Shown piece by piece: positions 1-53,835 of a stretch of 64,000 bases of DNA. Positions within the stretch are counted from its first letter, which is position 1, and each line of letters opens with the position of its first letter. The notes below the pieces were generated by a model that did not search any database, was not told where the DNA came from, and saw nothing but the letters and a program-made list of their open reading frames with translations. Position numbers and translations under genes: made by a program. This DNA is from the human T2T-CHM13v2.0 reference genome, Homo sapiens. Location: assembly GCF_009914755.1 (NCBI RefSeq), contig NC_060939.1; one strand, 5' to 3'.

Positions 1-1328
1 AAATGGGCGTCAGGTATGCGTGCCCTGCCAGGTCGGTTGGGGGGATCAAGTAGGGGTCCGGGGCCGGGACAGCTGCTTGAGGGGGACCCGGGGCGAGTGC
101 TCGAAGGGGTCTCCGTGTGCGCCCCCTCATGCCCTGGCCGCTGCCTGCGCCCCCACAGGACTTACCTAGAGGAGGAGCTGACCAAGGCCCGTGAGCGGCC
201 CAAGCTGCGGAAGGACATGTACAAGAAAATGCTGGCGGTGGATCCTGAAGCTCCCACGGAGGAGGAGCACGCGCAGCGCGCCGTCACCAAGCCGCGCTAC
301 ATGCAGTGGCGGGAAGGCATCAGCTCCAGCACCACCCTCGGCTTCCGCATCGAGGGCATCAAGGTGAGGCAGGCGCGCTTCGCTGGCACCGCCGCAGCCC
401 CACTGCGCGCTGTCTTTCCCGATCCCCCGCTCCCGCCCCGCCTGCCCCTCCGCCCTCTCCCACCGCCTCGCCGTCCCCTGCAACTGGGAGGTACCGCTGC
501 TCTACGCTGTCCTCTTCCCCACTGGCGGGCCCGGGGCCCCTGACACTCCTGTCCCACATCCAGAAAGCGGACGGCTCCTGCAGCACCGACTTCAAGACTA
601 CGCGAAGCCGAGAGCAGGTGCTTCGCGTCTTTGAAGAGTTTGTGCAAGGAGATGAGGAAGTGCTGGTGAGAGCGGGATCCCAAACCCTGAGGTGTTGGGG
701 AGCCTGAAGCCGAGGACTGCCCCTGTCATCTGGCCCAGTGCCCTCGGCTGTGTCCCCACCATGGCCCTCACCGCGCTGGCTCGCAACTGCTCTACGCTCC
801 TTCCCTTCTGGGCCACGCTGGGCGGGGCCCTGGGTCCTCCTCCTGGCGGCATTTGCCAAGCACAGCGTGGGTCCCGGCTCCTCATCGTTAGCAGGGGCTC
901 ATTTGGCGTTTAGTTAATTTGCCCTCCTCTCCCACCCCACCCTCTGCAGAGGCGGTATCTGAACCGCCTGCAGCAGATCCGGGACACCCTGGAGGTATCC
1001 GAGTTCTTCAGGAGGCACGAGGTAAGCGGCGGCTGCCCGGGTGCCCGGGCCGCGAGGGCTAGGGCGGGAACCCGGCAAGGGCGTCTCTGGGCAGGGCCGC
1101 GGCCTGACGGTGCGGGGCTCGCAGGTGATCGGCAGCTCGCTCCTCTTTGTGCACGATCACTGCCATCGCGCCGGCGTGTGGCTCATCGACTTCGGCAAGA
1201 CCACGCCCCTCCCCGATGGCCAGATCCTGGACCACCGGCGGCCCTGGGAGGAGGGCAACCGCGAGGACGGCTATTTGCTGGGGCTGGACAATCTCATTGG
1301 CATCCTGGCCAGCCTGGCTGAGAGATGA
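1..1328 (+). CDS. ITPKA: Inositol-trisphosphate 3-kinase A, C-terminal catalytic-domain exons (5' part lies outside the window)
   Basis: Exons <1-13, 159-363, 564-665, 950-1021, 1125-1328 all have GT-AG ends and splice in frame to (K)[25 protein letters not shown]...LGFRIEGIK|[11 protein letters not shown]...|[12 protein letters not shown]...|[11 protein letters not shown]...WLIDFGKT...LASLAER*. This contains the IP-kinase SSLL and IDFG motifs. Confidence 0.98.
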
Positions 1329-1450
1329 GGCTGGACTCCTGTCCCCGCGGGCCGCTCACCTGACATGTGGACCTGCAGCTTTGTCCCCACTGTGCATGCC
1401 GGCTTGAGACTGGAGCCCCGCGGTGCAGGGCAGTTCACCGGGTCCTGCAG
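1..1450. promoter_or_regulatory. Intragenic CpG island over the ITPKA 3' exons
   Basis: Visibly GC- and CpG-dense. Boundaries estimated by eye. Confidence 0.65.
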
Positions 1451-1693
1451 GACCAGGTGCCAGCCACTAAGGGGGGGCACCGCCGATGCCAGGGGTTTTG
1501 CCCACCCGGGCCCCAGCGTTCCCAGAGCCAAATGACACTAACTTATAGAAGGGGAGGGGGCAAAGGGCTTCTTCCTCAGGCCAGCTCTTCTGAGGAGGCT
1601 CTGCCCTCTCCAGAGGTGCCAGACCGCGGATTTTATTTAGCAAGCCCAGACCTTCCGGTCTAACGTCTCACACCACGACGGACTCCCCTTCCT

Positions 1694-1699
1694 AATAAA
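1694..1699 (+). terminator. ITPKA: ITPKA polyadenylation signal AATAAA
   Basis: AATAAA about 365 nt after the TGA, and the only canonical signal I see before the convergent LTK 3' end. Confidence 0.85.
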
Positions 1700-1817
1700 A
1701 CTCAAAGACAAGATGCAGCTTCCTGTGCCTCAGGCCTCAGCCCCTCCCTCCTCCGGCCCCCTCTTCCTCAGTTCCGGTCCCTGGCATCCACAGATCGCTG
1801 GAGGATGAGAAGAGCTT

Positions 1818-1823
1818 TTTATT
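1818..1823 (-). terminator. LTK: LTK polyadenylation signal AATAAA (TTTATT on +)
   Basis: About 335 nt after the LTK stop codon at 2160-2158. Confidence 0.85.
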
Positions 1824-2157
1824 AGAAGCATCTGCAGGGTGGGGGGTCTGCCCAGATGAAGGATGCTCATAATGGGAGAGCAATCCAGTGCTCCCCATGG
1901 ACACCTGGGGTGTGTGTAAGGCGGCCTCTGGCCCCAAGATCAAAAGCTGGAAGTGGCTGGGCCCTTCCCTGGGAGGCCTGGGCTGGTTTCCAGCATGGCA
2001 AGTGCAGCGCTGCCAGGCCAGCCCCGAGACAGGCCCAGACACACAGCACAGACTGCAGGGAACAGAGGCCGCTGGCATAACAGGCCACCCAGGAGCCTGA
2101 GGAGTATAGGGAGGGACCCTCAGTGCCTCAGTCCTTACCCTCAGGGCCCCTTGGGGC

Positions 2158-12250
<10,093 letters not shown>

Positions 12251-12816
12251 CTTCCAGGTTCCTGAGGACAGGAGCAGTGGAGTGTGCACTTCATTTGTGG
12301 CAGTGGTGGTGGTGGTGAGTGTGTGGCATGCGTCACCACACGTGGGAAGTACTCTAAACTGCTCCAAGTAAGGCCTCATTACCTGCCATTACTTGTGCCT
12401 TTTAGTGGTGCCTTTGTGACTGCAAGGCTGAACCTCATTGCTACTCCCAGAAACCTGGATCTCTGTGTTTGCCTCATATAATTCCGTTGCCTGTGTTACC
12501 CCTGTGCACAGCCTCTCACTGTGATGGGGTGAAAGACTGGACCAGACGTTAGAAGATCCGAGTGTTTTTAGTAGCACTGAAGGTCAATAGATGATAGGTA
12601 GGTAGACCGATCGATCGATTGATCTTGAGCACTAGTACTGGCACCTCTGGTCAATGGGTGATGTAGCACAGGCCACAACTGCCCGGAGAGTTTCCCCACC
12701 ACCTGCAAAATCATATGAAGGGAAATTGCTCTGTAAGGTACCCTACAAATGTGGGAGCCACTCCCTTCAGGTAGTTTTGTGTCTTGAGTCTTCGATCATT
12801 TGCTTAAATGATCATT

Positions 12817-15165
<2,349 letters not shown>

Positions 15166-15346
15166 CAGGCCCCACATTCTTGTTGTCTCCAGATGTGGAC
15201 AAAGTTTTTACCTCCCACTTATGATTCTTCCCCATCTCTCTCACAGCAGTCCTGCTCCTCACCTGGGATAACCCACCCCCAGATACTAACCCTGAACTAA
15301 CATGGCTGAAATCAGTCCAGATCAAATTTCCAGGAGATAAAAAACA

Positions 15347-15357
15347 TTTATTTTAAT
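15347..15357 (-). terminator. RPAP1: RPAP1 polyadenylation signals (overlapping ATTAAA/AATAAA on minus strand)
   Basis: Plus-strand TTTATTTTAAT about 340 nt past the RPAP1 stop codon (15695-15693). Confidence 0.8.
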
Positions 15358-15692
15358 GCACAACTATAGCATTCATATGCCTCAGCCCAGGGCAGGGGTT
15401 GGGAGTTAGGTAAGAAGGGATGCATTTAGTTTGCCCTGTCCCCAAAGAGCGGGTAAATAGCTAAGCCACTCTTCACTCCCAGCACAGACCTTCAGAAGCC
15501 CCAGATATCAGGATGTAATGGTAGGGCTCACTGCTCTAAAACAGCTCAAACAACCTGCTCCCAGGAAGGCAAGCCTTCTGCTCCTTGGTCTCCTGCCTAC
15601 CATTAGGACACAATGTTCTTCGTCTGGCCAGACATCTGTTGAAAGGCTGGATACAGGACAACGTACCCATCTTTCCATCTATATCAACTATC

Positions 15693-35279
<19,587 letters not shown>

Positions 35280-35617
35280 CTTGCTGCTCCAGCTGCCTCC
35301 CCAGTACGACTCTCTCCAGCAGTGTCTCCGTGTGGGGGTTCCCTCTTATTCATCCCTAAGAGCAAGAAAGAATATGGGCCCTCTGCAACTGAACCCTGAT
35401 TCTCTTTATTGGGCAACAGCGAAGATCTTCTTTATCCTTGGGTTAACATGAACTCATTCCTCCTCATTCATACCTTACTGCCATTCCCTCTGTCTTCAGC
35501 CCTCCGTGATGTCATCAGCCTAGCAACAATATTTATAGCCAACTTAGGTTGTTTACAATCTATAGGTGATAAAACTCTCAGGAACAACCAGCAGGAGACC
35601 TGAGGAAAATGTCATCA

Positions 35618-38793
<3,176 letters not shown>

Positions 38794-39001
38794 TAGTGCT
38801 GAGAAGTTAAGTATTTGCTCAAGGTCTCAGTGTAAGTGTGTGCTAGGATTAGGATTCAATCCCAGTCAGTCCATGCTCTTACCCACTATGTTCTACTGCC
38901 TACTGCTGTGTGGTGCCTGGGTGTCCTGGAAGTCTGGAATAGTGAGGCAGATGGGGAAGAACTATAAAGAATCTCCTGAAGAGCAAAGGCTGCAACTACA
39001 C

Positions 39002-40061
<1,060 letters not shown>

Positions 40062-41381
40062 TCAGATCTAATAACTAAGCCAGCCTTGGAAACACCTCCC
40101 AACACAGGGGTTGGGGGCAGGCTAAAGGGGTAGAAATGGTGAAACAATCACATGACGGTGTGACCTTAAGAACATTATCAAAAAATTTTTTGAGAGTTTA
40201 CTCTGGGCTGAGCGGTGTACAAGGGGCTGTAAATATAAAGAAATGGGAGTAAAATCCAGTCCCTGGGTTCAAGGGGCTTACTGGGGAGACAGAGACCATG
40301 CCGAAATGCTGGGTCTTTTAATAATTTCCCACTTCATTATCTCTCTTTGCCCACACAAGTCTAGAAATTCCAAAGGTTTACAGTTTAAATGATGTCTCCA
40401 AGATTGTAAAGGTCTTCCTTTGGTCAATGATGTACCCAAAGTTGGGGTGAGAGAATATGGTAAACACACATATAAATTTACAAGGCAGTACATCCCAGTG
40501 ATGAAATTAATTGCATAGAAGATCAGTGCTACACGATTTCAGAGGTGGGAAAAATCCCTAAAGGTTAAAAATAGAGGTCAATATTGAAAGAGAAAACTTA
40601 GATAAGTAGAGAACTGAAGGAAGTGGATGAAGTGAGCAAAGACCTGTCTACAAAATTTCATCTTAAATTTGGCATAGAACTTGTATTAATTACTATTTGT
40701 AGCATGACAACAGCGAAGTATACAGATGTGCCTTTTCCTGGATGGGAGGTAAACAGTATGAAAATGGACTGCCTGTGTTCAAATCCAGGCTCTGCCATTT
40801 ACTAACTGTGTAAGCTTAAGCAAGGTATTTTACTGAAGTTACTGTGCTTGTTTCCTCATCTGTAACATGAAGATAACTGTACCTACCTCCTGAATTAATT
40901 ATATATATGTAAGAAGATTAGAACAGAGTCTCATACATGAAAGGACACAAACGCCAGTTATGATTCTTATTATTTATATAGCCAAAGGGCAGATAACCAT
41001 ATCTAATTGTTGGGCAGTCTGACCAACAAACAAGGAAAAAGTCTCCTACCCCAATGCCTACCCAAAGGCCCTAAGGAAGGCTGAACTAGATGAACTGAGA
41101 ATCCATAGTATGGTAACAATTCACTCCTATAAGAGTCTACATAAGCAGAAACAATTCCTACTTATCCATGGATTCATGTGATCCAAAAGCAAAGTCCAGC
41201 TCACTTCATAGGGTGCGCCATACCTACATCACAAAGAGAGCCAGGGGGTTATGGGCACCAGTTTTGGAATCAATAGGCCAGAAGTCAAATACCAGTTCCG
41301 CTACTTACTAAATGCACTAAATGTGCGAAATTAGGCAAATTATCAATGCTGTCCTTTTTTTTTTTTTTTTTTTTTTTTTGA

Positions 41382-41705
<324 letters not shown>

Positions 41706-42099
41706 TGAGTAACAGGTCCTATATAATAGGAAATGTGTGAGGATTTAAATGACTATACACGCAAAACGCCTAGCCCAGTGCCTGTTACTTATATAAATAA
41801 ACCTCAGTAACAATTATTTTAGTCCTAAGTAAAGCCACCAGTGTGTTTCCCCACAAATCCAGCGCAGATTTGTCCAGAACCAATCAGTGCTAGAAGTGAT
41901 AACATTTTCAGTTATTAATAGAATAAGAATGGGTTGGCCGGGCGCGGTGGCTCACGCCTGTAATCCTAAAGAGTAATGCCTAAAGAGTAACTCGTAAAAA
42001 AAAGTAGTCCTAACAATGGACCTCTGGGTTTATGTTGGCCTCTGAGGAGTCTCTGGGGCTCTTACATTGCAGCCTATCCTCCAGAGCCAGGATCCAATC

Positions 42100-43113
<1,014 letters not shown>

Positions 43114-44066
43114 TAACCATGAAAAAGGCCCAAGGAAAGAACACTGCCAGTGTGCACTGCAGAAATAGTGGTGGTGAGAAGAGAGGGAATAAAGCTTCCT
43201 TGCTAGCAAGGTTATCATCTTCTCCAGAATCTTGCCTTTGTTCATCCCACTCTCCCTTCTTGGAAATCCTCCCTCTTTTCCCTGCCACCCCTGTCTCCAA
43301 AGGATAACTCTTTAAGGCCTAGCTGGCGTCAACTCTAAAACCTCTGCCAGCCACGCCTACTCACCAAACTTTCCTTGGATTCACCTGGAATCTCACCGCC
43401 TGCACCAGTTGTGTGGTATGCTAAGAACACACTGCCAACTACCAACTGTCACCGGTTACCTTTTCACAGGCTTATGTCCTGTTCCCTTGAATAGACTGTC
43501 AGTTCCTTGTGGGCACCAGACCTTGTACTTTGCATCTAAATACTGAGCACCCAACGTGTTGCCATGCACATAGTAGGACCTTAAGTAAATCATTTCTAGA
43601 CCAAAGGACATCATGGGGCAGCCAATGTTAGTCCAGTGGCTTTCCAACTTTAACAGGCACCAGAATCAACTGGAAGTCTTGTTAAACCAGATTGCTGGGG
43701 CCAGGCACAGTGGCACATGCCTATAATCCCAGTACTTTGGGAGGCTGAAGCTGGCAGATCACCTGAGGTCAGGAGTTCGAGACCAGCCTGACCAACATGG
43801 TGAAACCCCATCTCTACTAAAAATATAAAAATTAGCAGGGCATGGTGGTGTCCATCTGTAGTCCCAGCTACTCAAGAGGCTGAGCCAGGAGAATCACTTG
43901 AACCTGGGAAGCGGAGGTTGCAGTGAGCCAAGATGGAACCACTGCACTCCAGATTGGGCCACAGAGCCAGACTCTGTTTCAAACAAAACGAAACAGATTG
44001 CTGGGCCTCAACCTCTGAGTTTCTGATTCAGTAGGTTTTTCTTTTTCTTTCTTTTTTTTTTTTTAA

Positions 44067-44303
<237 letters not shown>

Positions 44304-44374
44304 TAAAGTGCTGGGATTACAGGCATGAGCTACTGCACCTGGCCTGTTTCAGTAGGTTTCCTTTTTTTTTGTGA

Positions 44375-44476
<102 letters not shown>

Positions 44477-45571
44477 TGAGTAGCTGGGACTACAGGCACC
44501 TGTCACCATGCCGGGCTACTTTTTTGTATTTTTAGTAGAGACAGGGTTTCACCGTGTTAGCCAGGATGGTCTCCATCTCCTGACCTCGTGATCTGCCCGC
44601 CTTGGCCTCCCAAAGTGCTGGGATTACAGGCGTGAGCCACCGTGCCCAGCCGATTCAGTAGGTTTCTAATAGAGCCCCAGAATTTGTATTTCTACCAAGT
44701 TTCTAGGTGATGCTGCTGGTCCCGCACTATAGCAGATCTATAATCCTCTTGGCTTCAACTACAGATGTAAATTTCGGCTACTAGGATTTAGTCATCTTGA
44801 GGTCCAAAATAGTACTAGACCTGGTCAGAAGTTATGGAGGCAGCGGGATGAGGGAGAGGAACTGGAGCCAAATATGCAGAATGAATGATAGTAGAAAATA
44901 ATTGTTCGCAATGAAATAACGAGATAATGGCTCCTGGCAATGGTGCCACCACGCCCAGCTAAGTTTTGTATTTTTAGTAGGGACACGGTTGGACCATGTT
45001 GGCCAGGTTGGTCACGAACTCCTGACCTCAGGTGATCTGGCCTCCCAAATGCTGGGACTATAGGCATAAGCCACCATCCCCAGCTCCAGCATTCTGTTTT
45101 AACAAGCCTTCCACTTAATTTTGGTGCCTGCTAAGGTTGGAAAACACACCCAGCCTCATATAAAGTCTTCATCAACCTTTGACCTAATAGTTTTAACAGT
45201 CATTGTTTAACAACTAGGTGAAAGGTTGATGCAGACTTTATATGGATGGATCAGGTTGCCATTATATGAACTTACTGATGAATCTTTTCTACTGTTTTGA
45301 GATAGGGTCTTGCTCTGTTGCCCAGGCTGGAGTGCAGTGGTGCAACCTCAGCTCACTGCAACCTCTGCTTCCCTCTGCTTGCTGAGCTCAAGCGATTCTC
45401 CTGCCTCAACCTCCTGAATAGCTGGGATCACAGGCCTGAACCAAACGTGGCTAATTCTTTTATTTTTTGTAGTGACAGGGTTTTGCCATGTCACCTAGTC
45501 TGGTGTCAAACTCCTGGGCTCTAGTGACTCACCCGCCGCAGCCTCCCAAAATGCTGGAATTACAGGCATGA

Positions 45572-45952
<381 letters not shown>

Positions 45953-46353
45953 TGAGTAGAGACAAGGTTTCAATTCACCATGTTGACCAGGCTGGTCTCA
46001 TACTCCTGACTTCAGGTGTTCTACCCACCTCGGCCTCCCAAAGTGCTGGGATTACAGGCGTGAGCCACTGCGTCCAGCCAATTTTTGTATTTTTAGTAGA
46101 GACAGGGTTTCACCATGTTGGTCAGGCTGGTCTCAAACTCCTGACCTCAGGTGATTTGCCCACCTCAGCCTCCCAAAATGCTGGGATTACAAGTGTAAGC
46201 CACTGCACTGGGCAGAGACTATAACATATGAAATGCGGTCTTTGTTTATATCTTCATTTTTGAAACTGTTTTTTTGAGACTGTTAGGGAATACTAAATAT
46301 AAACTAGATTTTGTATGATATTAAGGATTTACTTTTTTTTTTTTTTGAGATAG

Positions 46354-46584
<231 letters not shown>

Positions 46585-46838
46585 TAGGCTGAGGCAGGAG
46601 TATTGCTTGTGGCCAGGAATTCAAGACCAGCCCGGGCAACGTAGGAAGACCCTGTTCTATAAAAAAAATTTTTTTTAATTAGCTGGGTGTGGTGGCACCT
46701 ATAGTCCTAGCGATGCAGCGGCGGGGGAATAGCTTGATCCCAGGAATGTGAGGCTGCAGCAAGCTGTTTGCACAACTGCACCCCAGCCTCAGTGACAGAA
46801 TGAGACTTTGTCGCTAAAAAGAATTTTTTTTTTTTTGA

Positions 46839-46943
<105 letters not shown>

Positions 46944-47103
46944 TAAGTAGCAGGGATTACAGGTGCCCACCACCACGCCTAGCTAATTTTTGTACTTTTA
47001 GTAGACACGGGGTTTCGCCATGTTGTCCAGGATGGTCTCAAACTCCTGACCTCAGGTGATCCGCCTGCCTCAGCCTCCCAAAGTGCTGGGATCACAGGAG
47101 TGA

Positions 47104-47235
<132 letters not shown>

Positions 47236-47785
47236 TAGCTGGGACTACAGGCGCCCGCCACCATGTCCAGCTAATTTTTTTGTATTTTTAGTAGAGACGG
47301 GGTTTCACCGTGTTAGCCAGATGGTCTCAATCTCCTGACCTCGTGATCCACCCGCCTCGGCCTCCCAAAGTGCTGGGATTACAGGCGTGAGCCACTGCGC
47401 CCGGCCATTGTTTCTTTTCTAGGATCACATCAAAGATACCACATTACATTTATTTTTATGTATGTATTTATGTATGTATGTATTTTTTGAGACAGAGTCT
47501 CGCTCTGTCGCCTAGGCTGGAATGGAGTGGCGCAATCTCAGCTCACTGCAACCTCCACCTTCCAGGTTCAAGAGATTCTCGTGCCTCAGTCTCCTGTGTA
47601 GCTGAGATTACAGGCACCCATCACCATGTCCTGTTAATTTTTGTATTTTTTGTAGAGACAGCGTTTCACCATGTTGGCCAGGCTGGTTTCGAACTCCTGA
47701 CCTCAAGTGATCTGCCAGCCTTGGGCTCCCAAAGTGCTAGGATTGCAGGCATGAGCCATCATGCTGGGCCTTTATTTATTTTTGA

Positions 47786-48096
<311 letters not shown>

Positions 48097-48113
48097 TAGG
48101 CGCCTCTTGGCTA

Positions 48114-48371
<258 letters not shown>

Positions 48372-48477
48372 CTACTTGGAAGGCCGAGGCAGGAGGATCC
48401 CTTGAATCTGGGAGGTGGAGGTTGCTGAGATTGCGTCATTGCACTCCAGCCTGAGCAACAGAGTGAGATTCTGTCTC

Positions 48478-48508
<31 letters not shown>

Positions 48509-50074
48509 AATGCCTCTCAATTAGAATTTGTCTAATGTTTCTCTCATGATTAGACTGGGGTTATAGGTTTTTGAGAGGAAGACCACAGGTTACCCTGCCA
48601 ATTTTATTACATCCTGTTAAGGGTACGTACTATCAACATGTCTTATCACTAGTGGTATTAACCTTAATCACCGGCTGAGGTAATGTTTGTCAAGTTTCTC
48701 CACTGTAAAGTTACTCTTTCACCCCTGCTTTTCATACTATGTGCAGATCACGTAGTATGTCACTATGTGCAGATCACAATGAGTGGGCAGTCGTGCTCCG
48801 CCTCCATGTGGGTGGAGCGCCTACATACATTATTTGGAATTCTTCTGCATGGAAGAGGTCTGTGTTCCCCATTGATTGATTGATTGATTATTATTATTTT
48901 GAGACAGAGTCTGGCTCTGTTACCCAGGCTGGGGTGCAATGGCGCGATCTCGGCTCACTGAAACCTCTGCCTCTCTTTTATGGCAATTATCCTGCCTCAG
49001 CCTCCCAAGTAGCTGGGATTACAGGCACACACCAACACACCCGGCTAATTTTTTGTATTTTTAGTAGAGACGGGGTTTCACCATGATGGCCAGGCTGGTC
49101 TCAAACTCCTGACCTCAAGGGATCCACCTGTGTCAGCCTCCCAAAGTGCTAGGATTACAGGCGTGAGCCACCGCACCCGGCCCCCATTGATTTATTTATT
49201 AATATAGATACAGGCTTTTATATATTGGTTTGTGATTTAATACTATTTCATTTTATTTATTTACTTTTTGAGACAGAGTATCGCTCTTTTGCCCAGGCTG
49301 GAGTGAAGTGGCGCAATCTCAGCTCACTGCAATCTCCAGCCCCTGGGTTCAGGCAATTCTCCTGCCTCAGCCTCCCAAGTAGCTGGGATTACAGGCATGT
49401 GCCACTGCACTCAGCTAATTTTGTATTTTTAGTAGAGATGTGGTTTGGTTTCTCCATATTAGCCAGGCTGACCTCGAACTCCTGACCTCAAGTGATCCAC
49501 CCACCTCAACCTCCCAAAGTGCTAGGATTACAGGTGTGAGCCACCACACCCAGCCAATACTATTTTATTTTGTTGCTCAAATTTTTTCACCTCTCCAATG
49601 ACCTTTTACTATACCCTGTCGGGGTGCGTGTGTGCATTTCCTTACGTTCTGGCATTACAAGAAAGTAAGGAAATAGCTCCTCTTGTATATTTCCTGCCCC
49701 AATCCTAGAATCAGTCATTTCTTCAAGGACTCTTGAAGAAGTTATTAGAGAATAACTGTTATTGGAGAATGGTATTAGAAACCGAGATCTGGGCCAGGCA
49801 CAGTGGCTCACACTTGCAATCCCAACACTTTGGGAGGCCTAGATGGGAGGACAGCCAGAGGCCAGGAGTTTGAGATCAGCTTGGTCAACAAAGGGAGACC
49901 CTCATCTCTAATAATAATAATAATAATAATAATAATATTAAACTAAGATCTGCGTGGTAAGTATGCTCATTGCTACTGGGGTGTCTTGCTTTTTGGACCT
50001 TCTCAACTGTCAGAGTAAGTGAATATATGTATATACTACAGTATACACACATATTTATAACTTTCTCTATGTAA

Positions 50075-50296
<222 letters not shown>

Positions 50297-50417
50297 TAGC
50301 CAGGACGATCTCGATCTCCTGACCTCGTGATCCACCTGCCTCAGCCTCCAAAAGTGCTGGGATTACAGGTGTGAGCCACCGCGCCAGGCCAGGTCAGTTT
50401 TTTTTTTTTTAAGTCTA

Positions 50418-50555
<138 letters not shown>

Positions 50556-50670
50556 TCACGAGGTCAGGAGATCGAGACCATCCTCGCTAACACGGTGAAA
50601 CCCCGTCTCTACTAAAAATATAAAAAATTAGACGGGCGTGGTGGCGGGCACCTGTAGTCCCAGCTACTCA

Positions 50671-50841
<171 letters not shown>

Positions 50842-51733
50842 ATAAAAGTTGAAGAAAAAAAAAACCCAGCAAAACAACAAACTAGGACAATGAAATACAA
50901 TTGACTAAGATAGTCATTGAAGCAGGATGCCAGGTACACTGGGGATTCACTCATTATACTGTTCTCTCTACTTGCATGTATGTTTGAAATATTCCGCTGG
51001 GCACAGTGACTCACGACTCTAATCCCAGTACTTTGGGAGGCCGAGGCAAGTGGATCACAAGTCAGGAGCTCAAGACCAGCCTGGCCAATATGGTGAAACC
51101 CCATCTTTACTAAAAATACAAAAATTAGCTGGGCATGGTGGCATGTGCCTGTAGTCCCAGCTACTCGGGAGGCTGAGGCAGAAGAATCGCTTGAACCGGG
51201 AGGCCGAGGTTGCAATGAGCTGAGATAGCACCACTGCACTCCAGCCTGGGTGACAGAGCAAGACTCAGTCTTAAAAAAAAAAAAAAAAAAAGAAAAAGAA
51301 ATATTCCATAATACAAAATAATATGACTGGGTGCAGTGGCTCATGCCTGTAATCCCAACACTTTGGGAGGCCGAGGTGGGCAGATCACAAGGTCAGGAGT
51401 TCGAGACCAGCCTGGCCAACGTGATGAAACCCTGTCTCTGCTAAAAATACAAAAATTAGCTGGGCATGGTGGCATGAGCCTGTAATCCTAGCTACTCAGG
51501 AGGCTGAGTCAGGAGAATCGCTTGAGCCTGGGAGGCAGAGGTTGCAGTGAGCTGAGATCGTGCCACTGCACTCCAGCCTGGACAACAGAGCGAGACTCTG
51601 TCTCAATAAATAAATATGTACATACATACATACACATATAAAATAAGAAAATAGAGCCAGAAAACCCTCACTGACCAGGCTGCAGTTAAAGAGGGTCAAA
51701 TAGAGAAAGACAGCCAGCCAGATACAAGGCATT

Positions 51734-51878
51734 AACACACATGCACATACAGGCACACACACAAGCATACATACATACATGCACATGCATACACACACAT
51801 ATACATACAGACGCACACACGCATACACACAGGCACACACACATACACACACACATACACACGTGTCCATACACACAC
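51734..51878 (+). repeat. Degenerate (CA/CATA)n low-complexity repeat
   Basis: Seen directly. Confidence 0.85.
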
Positions 51879-52294
51879 AAAACTCTTCCACAGCCATCTT
51901 TAGGTGAAATTTTGAAGATGAAAGTTTTTCTTCCATGTTTGGACCCATCTGCCCTTTCAGAAACCGCAACCTTATTGCTCTACTGCTTCCTAAATCTGCT
52001 TTTGGAGGGAAATCTGATCATTTGAAATATTTCCTGTGACTGAAAGTCAAAGTGTGGTCTTCTTAGGAATTTACATTTCTGTGTCATCTTTGATGGGGCA
52101 AGAAGTTGCATTGTTTCTGGCTTAGGAATTTCAGGCAGTGGGTGTTTGACAGGGACAGCAACAGTCCCCAGCACATGTGGAATTACACATATAGGTAATG
52201 TTTCTACCAGTCCCAGAGGTTTCTCTAAGGTGAGGAACATAGTCTGTGGCCTGCCCCATCCCCCCATCCCTTGAGTGGAACTTGCCCACTCTCA

Positions 52295-52331
<37 letters not shown>

Positions 52332-52352
52332 AGACAAGATCTCGCTCTGTAA

Positions 52353-52625
<273 letters not shown>

Positions 52626-53469
52626 TGAGACAGTAGTTGGGAAAGAACAGGTCTTTGGTTATATGACCAGTGAGACTGTCATGATCCTGCAGCTCACCAT
52701 GGTTTCCTCTTGTTTCCCCCACTCTAGGGGTGGGGCAGAAGGCCTTAACTCTGAAAAAGCTGAAACAGCTGCTTCTTCAGAGTGCCGGAAGTTGGTAGCA
52801 GAGTGCCCTGCTTCTGTGGACAATGGTTTTTATCTCCAGGTTTGTCTTCATCTTCTCTGGATCCTTGGCCTCCTTGAACAGTTCTGGGTCATAAAAGGCT
52901 GAGAGTGGGCAGAGAGTTATTTTACTAGATTAGTGAGATGCTGTGCCCAACCTAGTCCCATCCATAATCAGGGGCTGCCGCTGGCCCTTCCTCTCACTCA
53001 GTCTTCCTCCACCCTTGCGGCCCCTTCTTACTCCTCTGGAATAGAGTATAGCTGCTTCTGGTTCTGTTCTAAGGACAGGAACTCCTGGGACAGCCACTCC
53101 CGCATTAGGTCAAAAACATTTCCTGTTGATTTTATTAGTTTCCTTCCAAACAATGCATTTATGGAAGAAGAAGAGCTTTTGCAGGCATGCATTTGCACAG
53201 GCAGCCAACCTCCTCCAGTCACACACAGACACACACACACCTCCACACCCACACGCACACACTTTCTTCCCATCCGCCCACAAAGCATCAGTCACATTTA
53301 GAATTTGCACAAATGCACACCCTCCCTCATACATCACAATGCACACCCTCTCATCCACCTACATGTCTCTTCCACAAAATCACACCTGCTCACATACCCT
53401 TAGAAGCACATTCCTGTACTGTGCCCAGAGAGAGAAAGGTGGGGGAGATAAGCAAGGAGAATGGGTTAG

Positions 53470-53835
<366 letters not shown>

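Noticed and set aside
12605-12625. (GATC)n palindromic stretch
   Set aside because: Most simply a decayed GATA/GATT-type microsatellite, too short to interpret.
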